This document shows, in pieces, positions 26,031 to 39,093 of a stretch of 64,000 bases of DNA. Under the pieces are notes generated by a model. The model searched no databases. It had not been told where the DNA came from and saw only the letters and a program-made list of their open reading frames with translations. This DNA is from Heteronotia binoei. Taxonomy: Eukaryota. Numbering within the stretch: the first letter of the stretch is position 1; every line of letters begins with the position of its first letter. A program made the translations under genes and the position numbers. The DNA lies in assembly GCF_032191835.1 (NCBI RefSeq), contig NC_083225.1:83700001-83764000 (forward strand), written 5' to 3'.

Positions 26031-26539
26031 GTTAAATGCTGTGTATTTATTCTGATTGATTTGGATTATCCTAATATTACTGTCATTACTTATCGTGCAC
26101 CAATTGTTTTTATATTTAGCCAAGTAACTCTCACCTGAGCTTATGTTCTGAATAAAACTTTGTTGGTCTTAAAGGTGCAACTTGACTCCTGCTTTGTTCT
26201 ACTGCTTCAGAGCACCATGGCTGCCCGCTTGGATCTATTTACATGTATTCATATATTCAGTTATCTATATGTAGTCACTTGGAAAAACAGGTTTCTTACC
26301 TGTAACTGATGATCTTCGAGTGGTCATCTGTGCAGTCACACTGATGGGATATAGGCACCCATGCCGATCATGATCAGTAAACTTAAAAGCTGCGGATTTC
26401 CACGCCCCAGGCCCAGTGCGCATGCGCAGAAGCCCCACTGCGCATGCCCACTGGGACCAGAGCAGACATCCCACCAGTTCCTTCTGACCGCTGCATGATC
26501 CATGGATGGATCGGCAGCAGAGGGGAAGGAGGGCGGGTA

Positions 26540-26633
26540 GTGTGACTGCACAGATGACCACTTGAAGATCATCAGTTACAGGTAAGAAACCTGTTTATCT
26601 TCTTCGTGGTCTCTGTGCATCACACTGATGGGA
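26540..26633. repeat. DIRS1 internal complementary region (ICR)
   Basis: First half is the reverse complement of 26285-26341; second half is the reverse complement of 32723-32760. They join at CCTGTTT|ATCTTCTTC. Confidence 0.93.
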
Positions 26634-26758
26634 GACCTGGAGGAGGGTGGAACCGTCCATCAGCAGGGAAGAGACTGAAGAACAGCACGGCCTACCAATG
26701 AACCCAGATGCCAACGAAGGTCCAGCGCATAGTGCCTGATGAAGGTATGCGGGGAGGA

Positions 26759-26962
26759 TCAAGTGGCAGCCGCACAAATGTCCCGCAATGGCACCCCTTT
26801 CATGAAAGCTGCGGAAGTGGCCATTGCTCTGGTAGAGTGAACTCTGATAGGCCCAGGAAGAGGTCTCTTGTTTAACAAGTAACAAAGCTTTATGGTCTCT
26901 GTAATCCACTTAGAGATTCTTTGAGATGAGATTTTATGGCCCAGTGAAGCTGAAGCGTACAA
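26759..26962 (-). pseudogene. DIRS1 YR C-terminal remnant
   Basis: ISSQRISKWI..IKLCY and IRVHSTRAMATSAAF..VPLRDICAAAT (HSTR motif). Confidence 0.88.
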
Positions 26963-27031
26963 AACAAAAAGTCTGGGGTCCTTTCGAAATGGCCACCAGG
27001 GGGTGATGAGAATCCCTCTCAGGTGCTTGCT

Positions 27032-28408
27032 TTAGATCTCGTGTACTACTCTGGTGATTAATGGAATGGGAGGAAACAAGTATACGTGTTGTTGGGTCCA
27101 AGGGAACAGCAAGCCGTCCCCTGCAGTGGATCCACTCCTCCCCTGCAGCAAAATCTCTTGCACTTCGTGTTGCTGCGTGTGGCAAACACATCCACCTCTG
27201 GTGTCCCCGACTTCTGGAAAATGGGTTGGAGAAATTCCCAGTTGAGTTCCCACTCGTGGAGTGTGGCTCCCCCACGACTGAAAAAGTCTGCACAAGCATT
27301 CTGGTTGCCTGGAAGATGAGTCGCTGCTAACGTCGTGCTTGTTTCCCTGCAAATATCCCATATGTGCAGAGCTAACAGGCATAGCTTCCTTGATACTGTG
27401 CCCCCTTGCCTGTTTATGTAGGCCAACGCGGTGGTATTGTCCATCAGGATCACCACCGTCTTGTTTGCAATCAATGGCAGAAAGGAAAGAATGGCATGAT
27501 GAATCGCCAATAACTCCAGAAAGTTTATGTGATATTGTAGGTGACATTTGGGCCACCTGTCTCCCATGCAAATGCCGTTCACGTGAGCTCCCCTCCAGGG
27601 ATGCATCTGAAGTTATAGATATTGTAGTGGTTTGTCTGTGGAATGGCGCTCCTTCTAGGAGGTGCCGTTTCTGTTGCCACCACCCAAGGGTAGATAAGAC
27701 CGACTGTGGAATGACCATCTTGCGCGATGGAGGGTCCACCTGGCATCGGAAGTGTCTGAGGAACCACAACTGTATTATTCTCATGTGGAATCTGACAAAT
27801 ACTAGAACTGATGTGGTTGAAGCCATTAGACCTAGAAGGCATTGAATTTGCAGTGCTGTAACTGCTGAATTGTGGAGAAAGATCTGCACAAGGGATATAA
27901 TGTCGTCTGCCCTCTTTGTTGGTAAGAATGCTTTGCAGGCCTGCGTGTCCAGGATTGCTCCTATAAATTGCACCCTCTGGGAAGGCTGAAGGCAGGATTT
28001 CTTCTTGTTGACCTGTAATCCCAACTCCCGTAGGAGGGCCAGATTGGTATCGATGTGTTGCACTAGACGAGATTCTAATTCGGCTACCAGAAGCCAGTCA
28101 TCTATGTATGGGAATACTGTGATCCCCTGTAGTCTTAGATGGGCTGCAACGACCATCATTGTCTTTGTAAAGACCCGAGGAGCCGTGGAGAGGCCGAAGG
28201 GTAGAGCTCGGTATTGATAATGAGCCTTCCCAATGGTGAATCTGAGAAACTTTCTGTGTGCTGTGTGTATGCTGATATGAAAGTAAGTGTCCTGCAGGTC
28301 TAGAGTGGCCATCCAATCCCCTTGATTGAGAAGAGGAAGGATGTTGGGTAAGGAGGTCATTCTGAATTTGTGGTGTGAAATGAAGAGATTTAGGGCTCGA
28401 AGGTCCAT
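27032..28408 (-). pseudogene. DIRS1 RT / RNase H / Dam-like methyltransferase region, frameshifted
   Basis: LDLQDTYFHI, YRALPFGLSTAPRVFTK, YIDDWL, SDAS and HINFLEL. Methylase motifs DVFATRSN.KC and YLFPP. Confidence 0.92.
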
Positions 28409-28958
28409 GATGGGTCGAAGACCTCCGTCTCATTTCGGAATTGTGAAATATCAAACATAGAACCCCTGTCCCTCCTGATTTGCTGGAACTGGTTCTATTG
28501 CATCTTTGTGAAGGAGTGATTGAACCTCCTCTCTTAGAGTCGGAAAAGGGGTGGTGTGGACGAAAGTCGGAACTGTGGGATTTTGATGGAATTCTATCTG
28601 GTAACCCAGCTGGATTATAGATAGGACCCACTGGTCTGTAGTTATTCTGGACCATGCCTGTAAAAAGGGGAAGAGTCGGGTATGGTCCGAGGCAGAAGGG
28701 AGGGACGTAAAGCAGGGGAGAAACCAGTCAAAGTCCCTGCTTGGGCTGCCTATTTCCCTTCTGGTGAGAGGACTGGGAAGAGGCAAAATAATACTTGGAC
28801 TTTGGATTGTACAGAGGCTTGGAAAAGGATGTCGTGCTTTTTGGCCTCCATTGCTGCTCCACAGGTGGTTTCGAAAACAGCTTTTTGTTCCATGGTTTGG
28901 TCCAAGGGTGTTTGCTCTGCCATCGGGATGAGATAGGAACTCCTAAATTCCTGGATGT

Positions 28959-29500
28959 TCAAATGCTTTTATCCATCTCCTGTAATACAGAGTCCATGTT
29001 GGCACTAAATGATCCGTTTTCATCAAAGGGGAAATCCTCGATGTATGCCTGCGTGTCTGGTTGCAGCGTGGTTGACCTTAGCCAGGAGTGTCGTCTTAGA
29101 GTGATGGCTGTAGTAATAGTCTTTGCCCCTATATCTCCTGAGTGCTTGGCCGAGTTTAACTGTTGTTTGGCCAGTGTCATACCTTCTCTCTGGATCTTCT
29201 TAATAGCATTCTTTGCTTGTTCAGGAAGGTTGGGCAGAATAGTTGAAAGCTGTTCCCACAGAGCGTACTGGTAGCGCCCCATGCAGGCTGAAAAGTTTGC
29301 GACTTTCACTCCTAGCGAACCTGCTGAGTAGAGGCGTCTTCCTAAGTCATCGAGCTTCTTCCCCTACTTATTGGGGGGAGCAGCATATGTCTTTCTTGCC
29401 TTTGACGATGAGGCTGCCACCACTGAGTTAGGTTTGGGGTGGTTGAATAAAAAATCGGCTGTGGATTCCTGAATTCTATACGTGTGATCAAGTCTGCGAG
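28959..29500 (-). pseudogene. DIRS1 ORF1 (gag-like), C-terminal part
   Basis: LRRHSWLRSTTL...IEDFPFD..GSFS. The reading continues across the L2 insertion (PASTPISSRRLDHTYR). Confidence 0.8.
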
Positions 29501-29502
29501 AA

Positions 29503-30925
29503 TAATAATAATAATAATAAATTTATTTTTATATCCCGCCCTCCCCCGCCAATGGCAGGCTCAGGGCGGCTAACAAGACATGGTATGCACCATGATTACG
29601 GTAAAATACAATCATTACTATAAAACAATTAAAATAGTTAAATTACATTCATAAATTAAGTTAAAATTAAAAAGACAGTTAAACCATTATAAGTTATAAA
29701 TTTCGGTGCTACAGTTCAGACTATGTATAGGATGGCTAGATGTCATTTCCCGGGTTTCATCTTAAAGCGAGCTGAAAGAGGGCCGTTTTGCAAGCCCTGC
29801 GAAACTGATTTAGGTCTTGCAGGGCTCGCACCTCCTCTGGTAGTTGATTCCACCATTGGGGAGCCATTGTTGAGAAGGCTTGCTCCCTCGTTGTTTTCAA
29901 TCTAACCTCCCTTGGTCCAGAGACTTTTAAAAGATTTTGAGAACTAGATCTCAGTGCTCTCTGAAGAACATATGGGGAGGGGGGTCCCTAAGGTAGGCAG
30001 GTCCTCGGCCATATAGGGCTTTAAAGGTAATAACCAGCACCTTATAGCGAACTCGGTACACAATCGGCAGCCAGTGCAGGTCCCACAGCCTAGGCTGCAC
30101 ATGTTCCCACTGAGGTAGTCCCACTAACAGCCTGGCCACCGCATTCTGCACTAGCTGCAGTTTCTGCGTTCGGTATAAGGGCAGCCCCATGTAGAGGGCA
30201 TTGCAATAGTCTAGCCTCAAGGTGACCGTTGCATGGATCACAGTTGCCAGGTCTCTACGTTCCAGGAAGGGGGCCAGCTGCCTCCCCCTCCTAAGATGGA
30301 AGAAGGCAGATTTAGCAGTGGCAGCTATCTGGGCCTCCATTGTCAAGGAAGGCTCCAGTAGCACTCCCAGACTCTTGACCCTGCACACTGGTATCAGTGA
30401 TGCACCGTCAAAGGTTGATAGGGAGATCTCCCCTCCTGGCCCGCCGTGACCTACGCTAAGGACCTCAGTCTTCGCTGGATTCAGCTTCAGCCCACTCAGC
30501 CTGAGCCAACCCGCCACGGCTTGCAGCGTTCGGTCCAGATTTATAGGGACATCGCCAGTCCGGCCGTCCATCAATAGATAGAGCTGGGTGTCATCAGCAT
30601 ACTGGTGGCAGCCCAGCCCATACCTCCGGGCAATCTGGGCAAGGGGGTGCATGTAGATGTTAAATAACATCGAGGAGAGAACTGCCCCCTGAGGCACCCC
30701 ACAGTTAAGTGGGTGTCTCTGGGACAGCTCTCCTCCAATCGCCACCCTTTGTCCCCGATCTTCAAGAAAGGAGGAGAGCCACTGTAAGGCTAGCCCCCGA
30801 ATTCCTGCATCAGTGAGGCAGCGGGTCAGCAGCCAGTGGTCAACCATATTGAACGCAGCCGACAGGTCTAACAACAGCAATACTGCCGAGCCGCCTCGAT
30901 CCAGATGTCGCCGGAGGTCATCCAT
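29503..30925 (-). mobile_element. L2 LINE, 5'-truncated, inserted in DIRS1 ORF1
   Basis: ORF 29951-30925 (LLDLSAAF, GVPQGAVLS, YADDTQLY), (TTA)n tail, 5-bp TSD GAGAA at 29498-29502 and 30926-30930. Confidence 0.93.
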
Positions 30926-30930
30926 GAGAA

Positions 30931-32480
30931 GATATAGGTGTGGACGCAGGCTTGTCCCATGAAGTTTTTGCTGTATGTAAAATCACCATGGTTAGTGGCA
31001 GAGCTATCGCCGTGGATGTGTCCATCTGGACGATGTCAAAAATGTTCGTGACTACAGGTTGAGGTTGGACTATGGGTAGAGATAAGGTCTGGGCCATTCG
31101 TTTTATGAGGTCCCCGTAAGATTTGAGGTCTTCAGATGGGGATATGGGTTGTTCTTCAACCACCTTGTGTGAGGGTGATGGTTGTTCCAGTGACGAAGAA
31201 ACCCCTTGCTCCTCCGGGATCGAACCCTCCTTCGATCTGGGGGAGCCTTTCGGCGATTCCATAGGCTCTGATGGAGGTCGCGGTGTGTCTGGAGCTGGGA
31301 CCAACTCTAGAATCATGACCTGCTCAGTGCCTCGGAGCACGGAGAGACTTTCTGCGATGAGGTGATTTGGCATCTGGTGGTTTTGACACCGAGGCTGATG
31401 GGGCACGTTTCGGAGGCTTATAAGATGTCCAAGATCTGCAGAATGCTTCCGAGTGCTGGTCCCATTCCGTCTGTCTCGGGGGGAACCAGGGAAAAACTGA
31501 AGGCATTGGATACGATCCATATAAATATTGCCATTGCTGCTGATCCCACGGCAGCGGAGGTGGCAGCCGTCTGGGTGGAGAGCCTTCTCTGGGCCGCAGT
31601 CTTGGCAAGTGGCTGTGTGGGGATCTATCCCCCTCTGAATCCCGAGATCGACGCTGACGTCGAGGGCTCCTGGACCGGTCTCGCTGAAGGCTTCTGGAGC
31701 AATCACGTCAAAGACTCCGGGATCGATGCCGAGGAGTGGAAGAGCTTCCTCTGTGAGGACTGTGGAATCAACCTTAATGAGGGCTGTCCAATCAATCTCG
31801 AAGCGGGCTGTGGGACCGGGGGGTCTCGGAAACTGTATGGATGAGTTCAGGAGGACTGTCTTCCGCACCTGAGTGCTGTGTTACCTCTAGGTCGCGGTCG
31901 GAGTCAGATGAGATGGCGATCTGGGTCGACATGGAAGCCAGCATTGGTGGGCTTAGCCGACGGCTTGGTGAAGCGAAAAGCTTCAGCGGTGGAACAATAG
32001 GGGCCGTTGGGTCCGATGGCGAAATTGGAGAGGAAAGAAGGCCAGCCTTGTTGTGTTTGAGCTTGTCCATCTTCTTCCTCTTTTTCGCTTCCGGCTGAGC
32101 TCCCTTCTCCTCCCTTGACCGTTTTGCAGGAGTGGAGGAGTCTGACTTAGATGCCAAGCCCGCTCTCTTTGTGGGGCGATCGGCCTCGGAAGGGGGTCTG
32201 TCGGTATTGACCGACTCGGATGTCAATTGTTTGTAGACGCGGTCCAATGAAGTTGACATCTTTTTTTGGAGACAATGCCTGCTCCATCAATGCAGCTGCT
32301 AGGTGGGCTGCCTGATTCTTTTTTTGTCTGCCTCGAAAACCTGGCACAATGTGTGCATGAGTCCGGTCTATGCGACTCTCCCAGGCAGAGTAGACAGAGT
32401 GTGTGGCCGTCGGGTGGGGCAATTTTGCTCCCGCACTTTGCACACCTCTTGAAAAATCCCCAATGCTTTTCCATGCGAAG
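30931..32480 (-). pseudogene. DIRS1 ORF1 N-terminal part
   Basis: FKRCAKCGSKIAPPDGHTLCLLCLGESH...CTHC is the Cys/His knuckle typical of vertebrate DIRS1 ORF1, followed by a low-complexity S/P-rich region. Confidence 0.8.
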
Positions 32481-33029
32481 GGGAGGGGGGGTGAAAGAAA
32501 AGGGGGGGAAGGGGAAAAAGGAGCTGATGAAAGTCTCTGGAAATCCAATGAATCCTAATAATTCAAGGAAAGTTCACCGACCGTAGCGATGATCGACTGA
32601 TCCAAGCGGCGGTCAGAAGAGAAGTGGCGGGATGTCGGCTCCGGTCCTAGTGGGCATGCGGAGTGGGGCGCGGAAATCCGCAACTTTTAAGTTTACTGAT
32701 CGTGATCGGCGTGGGCGCCTATATCCCATCAGTGTGATGCACAGAGACCACGAAGAAGATCTAATCACCATACTTTTTTGCAAGCTTATTTTTTAACCCT
32801 GAACATTTTAAAGCATTAATCTAACATTAGTAGAATAGCATGTATGAGTGTGACCTGCTCAAAACGAAAGCATCCGGGAGAACTTTTACCTCATCTCCAG
32901 TGAGATGGAGATGAGCAGCAACCAAGATGTGTCTACCTTGGAATGCATGGCTTTGGTTAGGGAAAACATCAAAGTCTGGGAACCCAGTTTGAATGACTTC
33001 TGGCGGGAGGTGTGAGTGGGAGAATGTGT

Positions 33030-33540
33030 GTCATAAGAACATAAGAGAAGCTTTGTTGGATCAGGCCAATGGCCCATCCAGTCCAACACTCTGTGTCACA
33101 CAGTGGCCAATATATGTGTGTGTGTATATATATATCAGTTTTCTGGTATCTGTGCAAGACTTTTAGGTTTGTTTTTTATTTACTCTTGGCAAGACTTCAG
33201 TCTTGCTAACATGCTTCAAGGCTGTAATAAGAGTTTGCTTTGCTGATTCACTTCAAATAAACTTTTTCTACTTCTGCATGAGAAATCTGCCTGAGTGATA
33301 CCTGAGCAAAACCTTACAGGTCTAAACTGGCAAACAGTTTCCTCAAAGAGTTCCAGGATATCCAGCCATTCCTCAGTGTTTCTTGGTGTAAAGATCGAAA
33401 AAACTTCCGGAATGTTTGGTATGTTAGAATGCAGGTGAACAGATCACCTGATTCTTCTTGCTCCCTGTTGAACCCCTTTAGAAAGTCCTGCAACCTGTTA
33501 AAAATACTGCTTATGAGAAGCCAAGTGACACCCTTACAGG
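33030..33540 (-). mobile_element. CR1 fragments (3' tail at 33030-33110 plus an upstream piece)
   Basis: CATAAGAACATAAGAGAAGC...CCAACACTCTGTGTCACACAGTGG is the reverse complement of a CR1 tail. The upstream piece is weakly CR1-like. Confidence 0.6.
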
Positions 33541-33547
33541 GCAAAGC

Positions 33548-34920
33548 ATGGGGGGAATCAGCATGACTTCTGCAAATGAAAGTCTTGATTCATCAACCTT
33601 TTGGAGTTCTTTGACAAAGTATGTAGACATCAGTGACCTGGTAGACATTATACATTTTGACTTTCAAAAGGCTTTTGATAATGTACCTCACCAAAGACTC
33701 CTGAGTAAACTTAGGAGTCATGGGATAAGAAGACAGGTTTTCTTATGGTTTAAAACTGATTCAATGATAGGAAACAAATAATAGGAATCAATGGACAATT
33801 CTCACAATGGAGAGAAGTAAGCAGGATGGTTCCTCAAGGATTGGTATTTGAGCTGGTACTATTTAATGTATTCCTAAATGATCTGGAACTAGGGCTGAGT
33901 AGTATAGTAGCCAAGTTTGCAAATGGCACATGTAACATCCCTTTTTTGGCTGCAAGTTCCCATGTTGAGAGTACTCACTCAGGCCCCCATTCACAGGTCC
34001 ATTCTGCAAAGGCAAGCTGGCTCAAAGCATCAGCCATGTTTTTGCAAGGAGACTACAACAACCAACAACTTCAGCTGACATACAAAACTGGGAACCGAAA
34101 CAAAAGTTCCACCCAACAGGACCAAACTAAATCACACATATACTAGGGGAGAAGCAGACTGTTCCATTTCATACATACATATATACAATTTATTCAGGAT
34201 GGTGAAAACCAAGGCTAACTTTAAAGAGCTCCAAGAGGACTTCAACTAACTGTGTGACTGGACCATAATGTGGCATATGAAGTTCAGTGTTGGTAAGTGT
34301 AAAGTGATGCAAAGTTGGACAAAAAATTCTAACATCAAGTATAAACTAGTGGGGTCTAAACTTGTGGAGACCAAGAGTGAAAAAGATTTTGAGGTCATAG
34401 TAGATAGCTAAGTAAAAGTGTCAACCCAGTGTGCTGCAGTGGTGAAAAAAGACAAACTATGTTAGGGACTATTAGGAAAGGGATTGAAAATAAAACGGCC
34501 AATATTGTAATGCTCCTGTATAGATCTATAGTGCAACCTCATTTGGAATAATGTGTACAGTTCTGGTCACCACATCTCCAAATGGACATTGCAGAGCTGG
34601 AAAAAGTACAGAGGAGGGCAACCAAGATGATTAGGGGGTTGGAACACCTTCCCTATGAAAAAGGCCAAAGAGTTTTAATCTTTTCAGTTTAGAAAAGAGA
34701 GAACTAAAGGAGGACATGATAGAGATTTATAATTTAATGCATGGGGTAGAGAGAGTTGACAAAGAGAAAATTTTCCTCTTCCAAAATACCAGAACTTGAG
34801 AGCATCCAATGAAGCTGATGAGCAGTAAGTTCCAGTCAGACAAAAGAAGATATTACTTTACACAGAAAGTGATTAAAATGTGGAATTCTCTGTCAGAGGA
34901 TGTAGTGATGTCCACAGGGA
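33548..34920 (+). mobile_element. CR1 LINE RT fragment (3' end continues at ~35450-35640)
   Basis: DIIHFDFQKAFDNVPHQRLL and VPQGLV motifs; CR1 3' region (WNSL..DVV). Interrupted by a ~260-bp LTR-like insert at ~33930-34187. Confidence 0.85.
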
Positions 34921-35445
34921 CAAACCACTTTGCTCTCCAGCTTCCTTAGGTCTCTATGCTTTCTGTGGCAAAATGCCCAATTATCTATCAGACCTAACCA
35001 CCCCAAGTCATCGCAGGGCATTTATGTTGGCTAGACTAAATGCGTTTCCCTCCAAAGTTTTACAAGGGAGATATCAGCGAGTCCCTTTAGCCGACAGACT
35101 TTGCTCCTGTGGAGCGAATACTCCTGACTCAATCCAGCATATATTGCTTGATTGTTCTTTTTATCATAACCTCCGTAAAGATTTATTTGGCAAGCTTTCT
35201 TTTTCTCCAGATTTGTCTATTCTGCCACCCTGTTATTATTTATTGAGTGATACTGAGGGGGTGGTTAGTGAGGCTGTGGCAAAATTTCTGGCTGACATCC
35301 TTAAATTTAATTCTGACCATGTTTGAATGCATCTGTAAGCTTGGTTTTATTTTGATTTTATCCCCAATGTTTAAATTTTTATATTCTGTGTATTTTTACC
35401 TGAATCTATTATGCCATTAAAGGTTTGGTATGGTATGGTATGGTC
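34921..35445 (+). mobile_element. RTEX-like LINE 3' fragment with (TGGTA)n tail, inserted in CR1
   Basis: RRAFMLARLN...GRYQRVPLADRLCSCG....IQHILLDC.FY..LR is a non-LTR C-terminal Cys motif. Confidence 0.75.
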
Positions 35446-36909
35446 TATCAATGGATACTAGCCTTAGTGACTGAGGGGAACCTCCACATTCAGAGGCACT
35501 AAGCCTCAGAATCCCAGAGCCAGGAGGCAATTTTAGAAGGCCTTGATCTCTATGCTGTGTTGTTGACCATGTAGAGGAACTGGTTGGCCACTGTGTGAGG
35601 CAGGATGCTGGATCCAGCAGGGTTTTTCTTGTATTCTTAAATCATGGTCTGTGGGCAGAAATCCTTGCATCTGCAGAAACTTTAGCCTGTATGGACTAGA
35701 GATTGTATGAACTTCATGTCAGTGGATTCTTATTTATCTCACTGGACTGTGATTATCATATATGAAACAGTCTCTTGGTCTGTTTAGGTTTGTATCAGTT
35801 TGTTTTTTTTTTCCTTTCAGAATTACACATACACAAGTATGCTGCAATCCAAATATATCAGCATCAATCTAATATTACCAACGACTATCGAGACCAGGTC
35901 CATCAGGAACATTGGTGGGGTGGAGGGATGTTCTGATAGCCAAAAGCATTGTTGCATAATGTGCCAAGTGATTAAAGTGATATAGGCATGCCAGTGATGT
36001 TGGGGGCGACACTCTGGTTTTTGGGCCAACTCTATGGCAAAATCAGCCTCAACTCATAGAGTCTGGCCCAAAAACCAGAGTGTCCCCGTGATCCCCTGCC
36101 AAAAAACTAGTGGGGAATGGCACCACCACTAGACAAATACCAAACAGTAGGGTCCTTTTTAAACACAGCGTGTGTTTATGGCTGGTTTATATGGTTTGTG
36201 ACTTATTTAACTGTCCATTTAAATAACTACCTGCTGAGTAAAACAATCAAGGATGTGGACAGTAGGAATCAATCAGGCTGTGTGAGAACACATATGAACA
36301 AAAAATTCAGTTGCACCATGCTGTTCTATTAGGGAGGAATAAGATGAAACAACCAGACCAAAAGCTACAAATGGTTTGACAACCCATCTATTGAAAAATT
36401 GGCTTCCTGTTTGCATGTAGTGAAAAAAAAATCAGCTGAAATGGTGTTGGTGTGTGCTTAACAGGGTCCCATTCAACTTTATAATTGCAAATAAATATCA
36501 GCTCTGCCTTCTTGTTCCTTATTTTCGGTTCCACAAAGCCAGTTCTCTGAAGGTATAATCCTAGATACCTTTATTGCATGTGTACATACATTCCACAACT
36601 TTCAGTCACAATCACCTGGGGAACAGGGATGGGCATAAACCAGGGAAATGGTAGTCCATGTTGGCACATGTTCCATTTGACTGCCTAAACCAGTGATCAT
36701 GACTCCTGTTGGTTCATGGTTTGTTTAATTTCCTGAACAGTCCCTTCATAAGTTAGAGATGTCAAACTTACAGGAAGCTTTTAGCAGGCTCTCCTTCACC
36801 AGCCTTCCAGGTTTTGGGAAGACTGGATTTGGGATGTCTGAGTTATAGCCCCCCAAAGCAGGTGTCCCCAGGTACAGCTCAGGTACAGCTTTAGGTTTGG
36901 TTCCTGAAA

Positions 36910-37630
36910 CCCAGGCCCGGGGCTAGGGGTGCCTGTGCCCCTAGGCCAAACCCACTTCTCTGCCCCCCCCCTGAGTGTTATTTTCATGCATGCACCAATG
37001 ATGTTACTATGACATCACTATCAACCCCACCCCTGACTTTGCCGTAGTCTCCTGAGCCTCGGGAGACCCCGGCAAAGTCTGGCAGAGCAGCAGGTGCACT
37101 TGCAGTGTGCTCACTGCTCTGCCCCCTACTTTGTCACAGCCTCCCGGGCCTCAGGAGACCCTGGCAAAGGATAGCAGTGGCTCGGATGCACTCGCAGAGT
37201 GCTCACTGCCCCACTCCCTACTTTGCTGTGGCCTCCTAAACCTCAGAAGACCCCGGGAAAGGATAGCAGTGGCGCGGGTGTGCTTGAAGAGTGCTTGTTG
37301 CCCCGCCCCCCCATTTTGCCATGGCCTCATGAACCTCAGGAGATCCTGGCAAAGGATAGCAGCTGCACAGGAATGCTTGCAGAGTGCTCGCTGCCCCACC
37401 CCCCACTTTGCCATGGCCTCCTGAGCCTTGGGCGACCCCAGCAAAGTCTGGCAGGGCAGCAGGGGTGCTTGCAGCAAGCTTGCTGCCCCGCCCCCCACTT
37501 TGCTGTGGCCTCCTGAGCCTTGGCAGACCTTGGCAAAGGACAGCAGCGGCATGGGGCATGGAAAGAGGGGGCACCTCTTGGCACCCCTAGGCGGCCGCCT
37601 ACTTGGCCTACTCCCAGGCACTGGCCCTGG
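36910..37630. mobile_element. hAT-like non-autonomous element with about six ~90-bp diverged tandem units (37030-37545)
   Basis: Repeated CCCACTTTGC..GGCCTCCTGAGCC..GAGACCC.GGCAAAG units. Terminal CCAGGCCC / GGCCCTGG. Confidence 0.6.
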
Positions 37631-39033
37631 CAAGGCACTGGCAAGGAACACCTTCCCAGCAAGGAGAGGTGTTTTAAAAATTGTTCCACTGTGTGTGGGG
37701 GGAAAGGAGTCCCTCAAAACTGCCTCTAAATCAGTATGCAGCTAACAACAAATGAACTAACTCTCCTCTCTCCATGCTGCATGTGAAAGCAGTTGGGTCA
37801 GAGTATAGTATTATACTGGTATATAATCTGCTCCCATAGAGCAGAATTGGAGCCCTATGGTTGGCTCCCAGAGCTGCCAATCAAGCTATGGGTAACTGCT
37901 TTGGGTGTTTCTAGGGCTCTCCACAAGTCCACCCCCATTGAATTGGTGCCAGGCTGTCTGGAGAAAGAACCACAAAAATAAACCAAAACAAACCATCATG
38001 GAAAAAATTTGGTTTGTTTTTTCATTCAGAAATGATGCAACCAAATGAATTGGTTTCAAACAAACCATGGACTGGTCTGATTCAAAACACACCATGGCTT
38101 GTTTCTCAGTTTGTGCCCATCGCTACTGAGGAACTGTTACACAGGCCACTGCTGAGTGGGACAGTCCTAGGAATTCTCTGGGACATAGTACTGCTGAATC
38201 CAACTCTAAATAAATTTGACCATAAATTAGAAATATCTCTAAGGTTGGATACAGATGGGCAACTTTGGGCACATGGGAAGCATCCCAAATTGGGCCAGTT
38301 CAAAATGGAGTGGATTATTCCTGGTCAGACACTCCTGCACGAGCCACCCATATCCTGTGGGGAGGGGTGCCTTGGTGCAGTCAGATGGCCGTTGTTCACC
38401 ATCTCCTTAGCAAAGTTTGGGGTTCTTTTTCCCCGATTCATTTTAGTGGTCATGCACATATGTGCTCATGTGGTGAGCACCTAGAATGGATTGGCGGGTT
38501 CACACCACCAATCTGCCTCGCTTTAACGCTCCCACATTCAGATGCCTGGCATGCCGCAAATGAATTCATTACCACTTTCAAAGTGGTAGCTTTTTGATCC
38601 ATCTCAAAAGTGCCAGAGGATGGGATGAGTACAGGAGCCGGACAGGTGGCAGATGTGCACATTTGGAGTAGATTTTTAAATCTGTCTGCCAGATGTCCCT
38701 GTGTCAGCTTAAACTGCAGGTCTGGACCCAGCCTAAGGGTATTTTTTCCCTCTCTAGAGGAGGCATTTTACATATAAAAATAAACAAAGTGGCAGTGTTT
38801 CCTTAGATAAACAACTACAATGCAAGATTATTTATATGCCTTTAAGAAAAACACATTGTCCTCACTTTACTGAAATGTGTGGACAATCTTAGCTCCAGAT
38901 TTCTGTTCCCAAGCTATCATGAAGCCTTTGGAAAATCATTTATTTGGCTGGTCCCTTGATTTAGTCATTTGTAAAATATGTAAATTTTAAACTGATGACT
39001 CCAGGTGCTGAAAAGCTTGTTTAATTAATCTAG

Positions 39034-39093
39034 GACTTTATGGGAATCGATGATGAAAAGTTCTTTAGAAAGCACAGTGAAACTTTAGTTGAG
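39034..39093 (+). CDS. Candidate internal coding exon A of an unidentified host gene (DFMGIDDEKFFRKHSETLVE)
   Basis: CTAG acceptor, consensus donor GAG|GTAAGT, 60 nt, only frame 0 is open. Confidence 0.5.

Larger units (their letters stand above)
26285..32760 (-). mobile_element. DIRS1-type tyrosine-recombinase retrotransposon
   Basis: Inverted terminal repeats (26338-26500 vs 32600-32745) and an internal complementary region at 26540-26633 that copies both termini. Gag-like, RT, RNase H, methylase and partial YR coding regions. Confidence 0.95.

Noticed and set aside
30918-32548. Overlapping 130-316 aa ORFs as novel genes
   Set aside because: They are alternative frames of GC-rich DIRS1 ORF1.
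37107-37745. Cluster of overlapping 100-190 aa ORFs
   Set aside because: Artefact of GC-rich ~90-bp tandem repeats in a non-autonomous DNA transposon.
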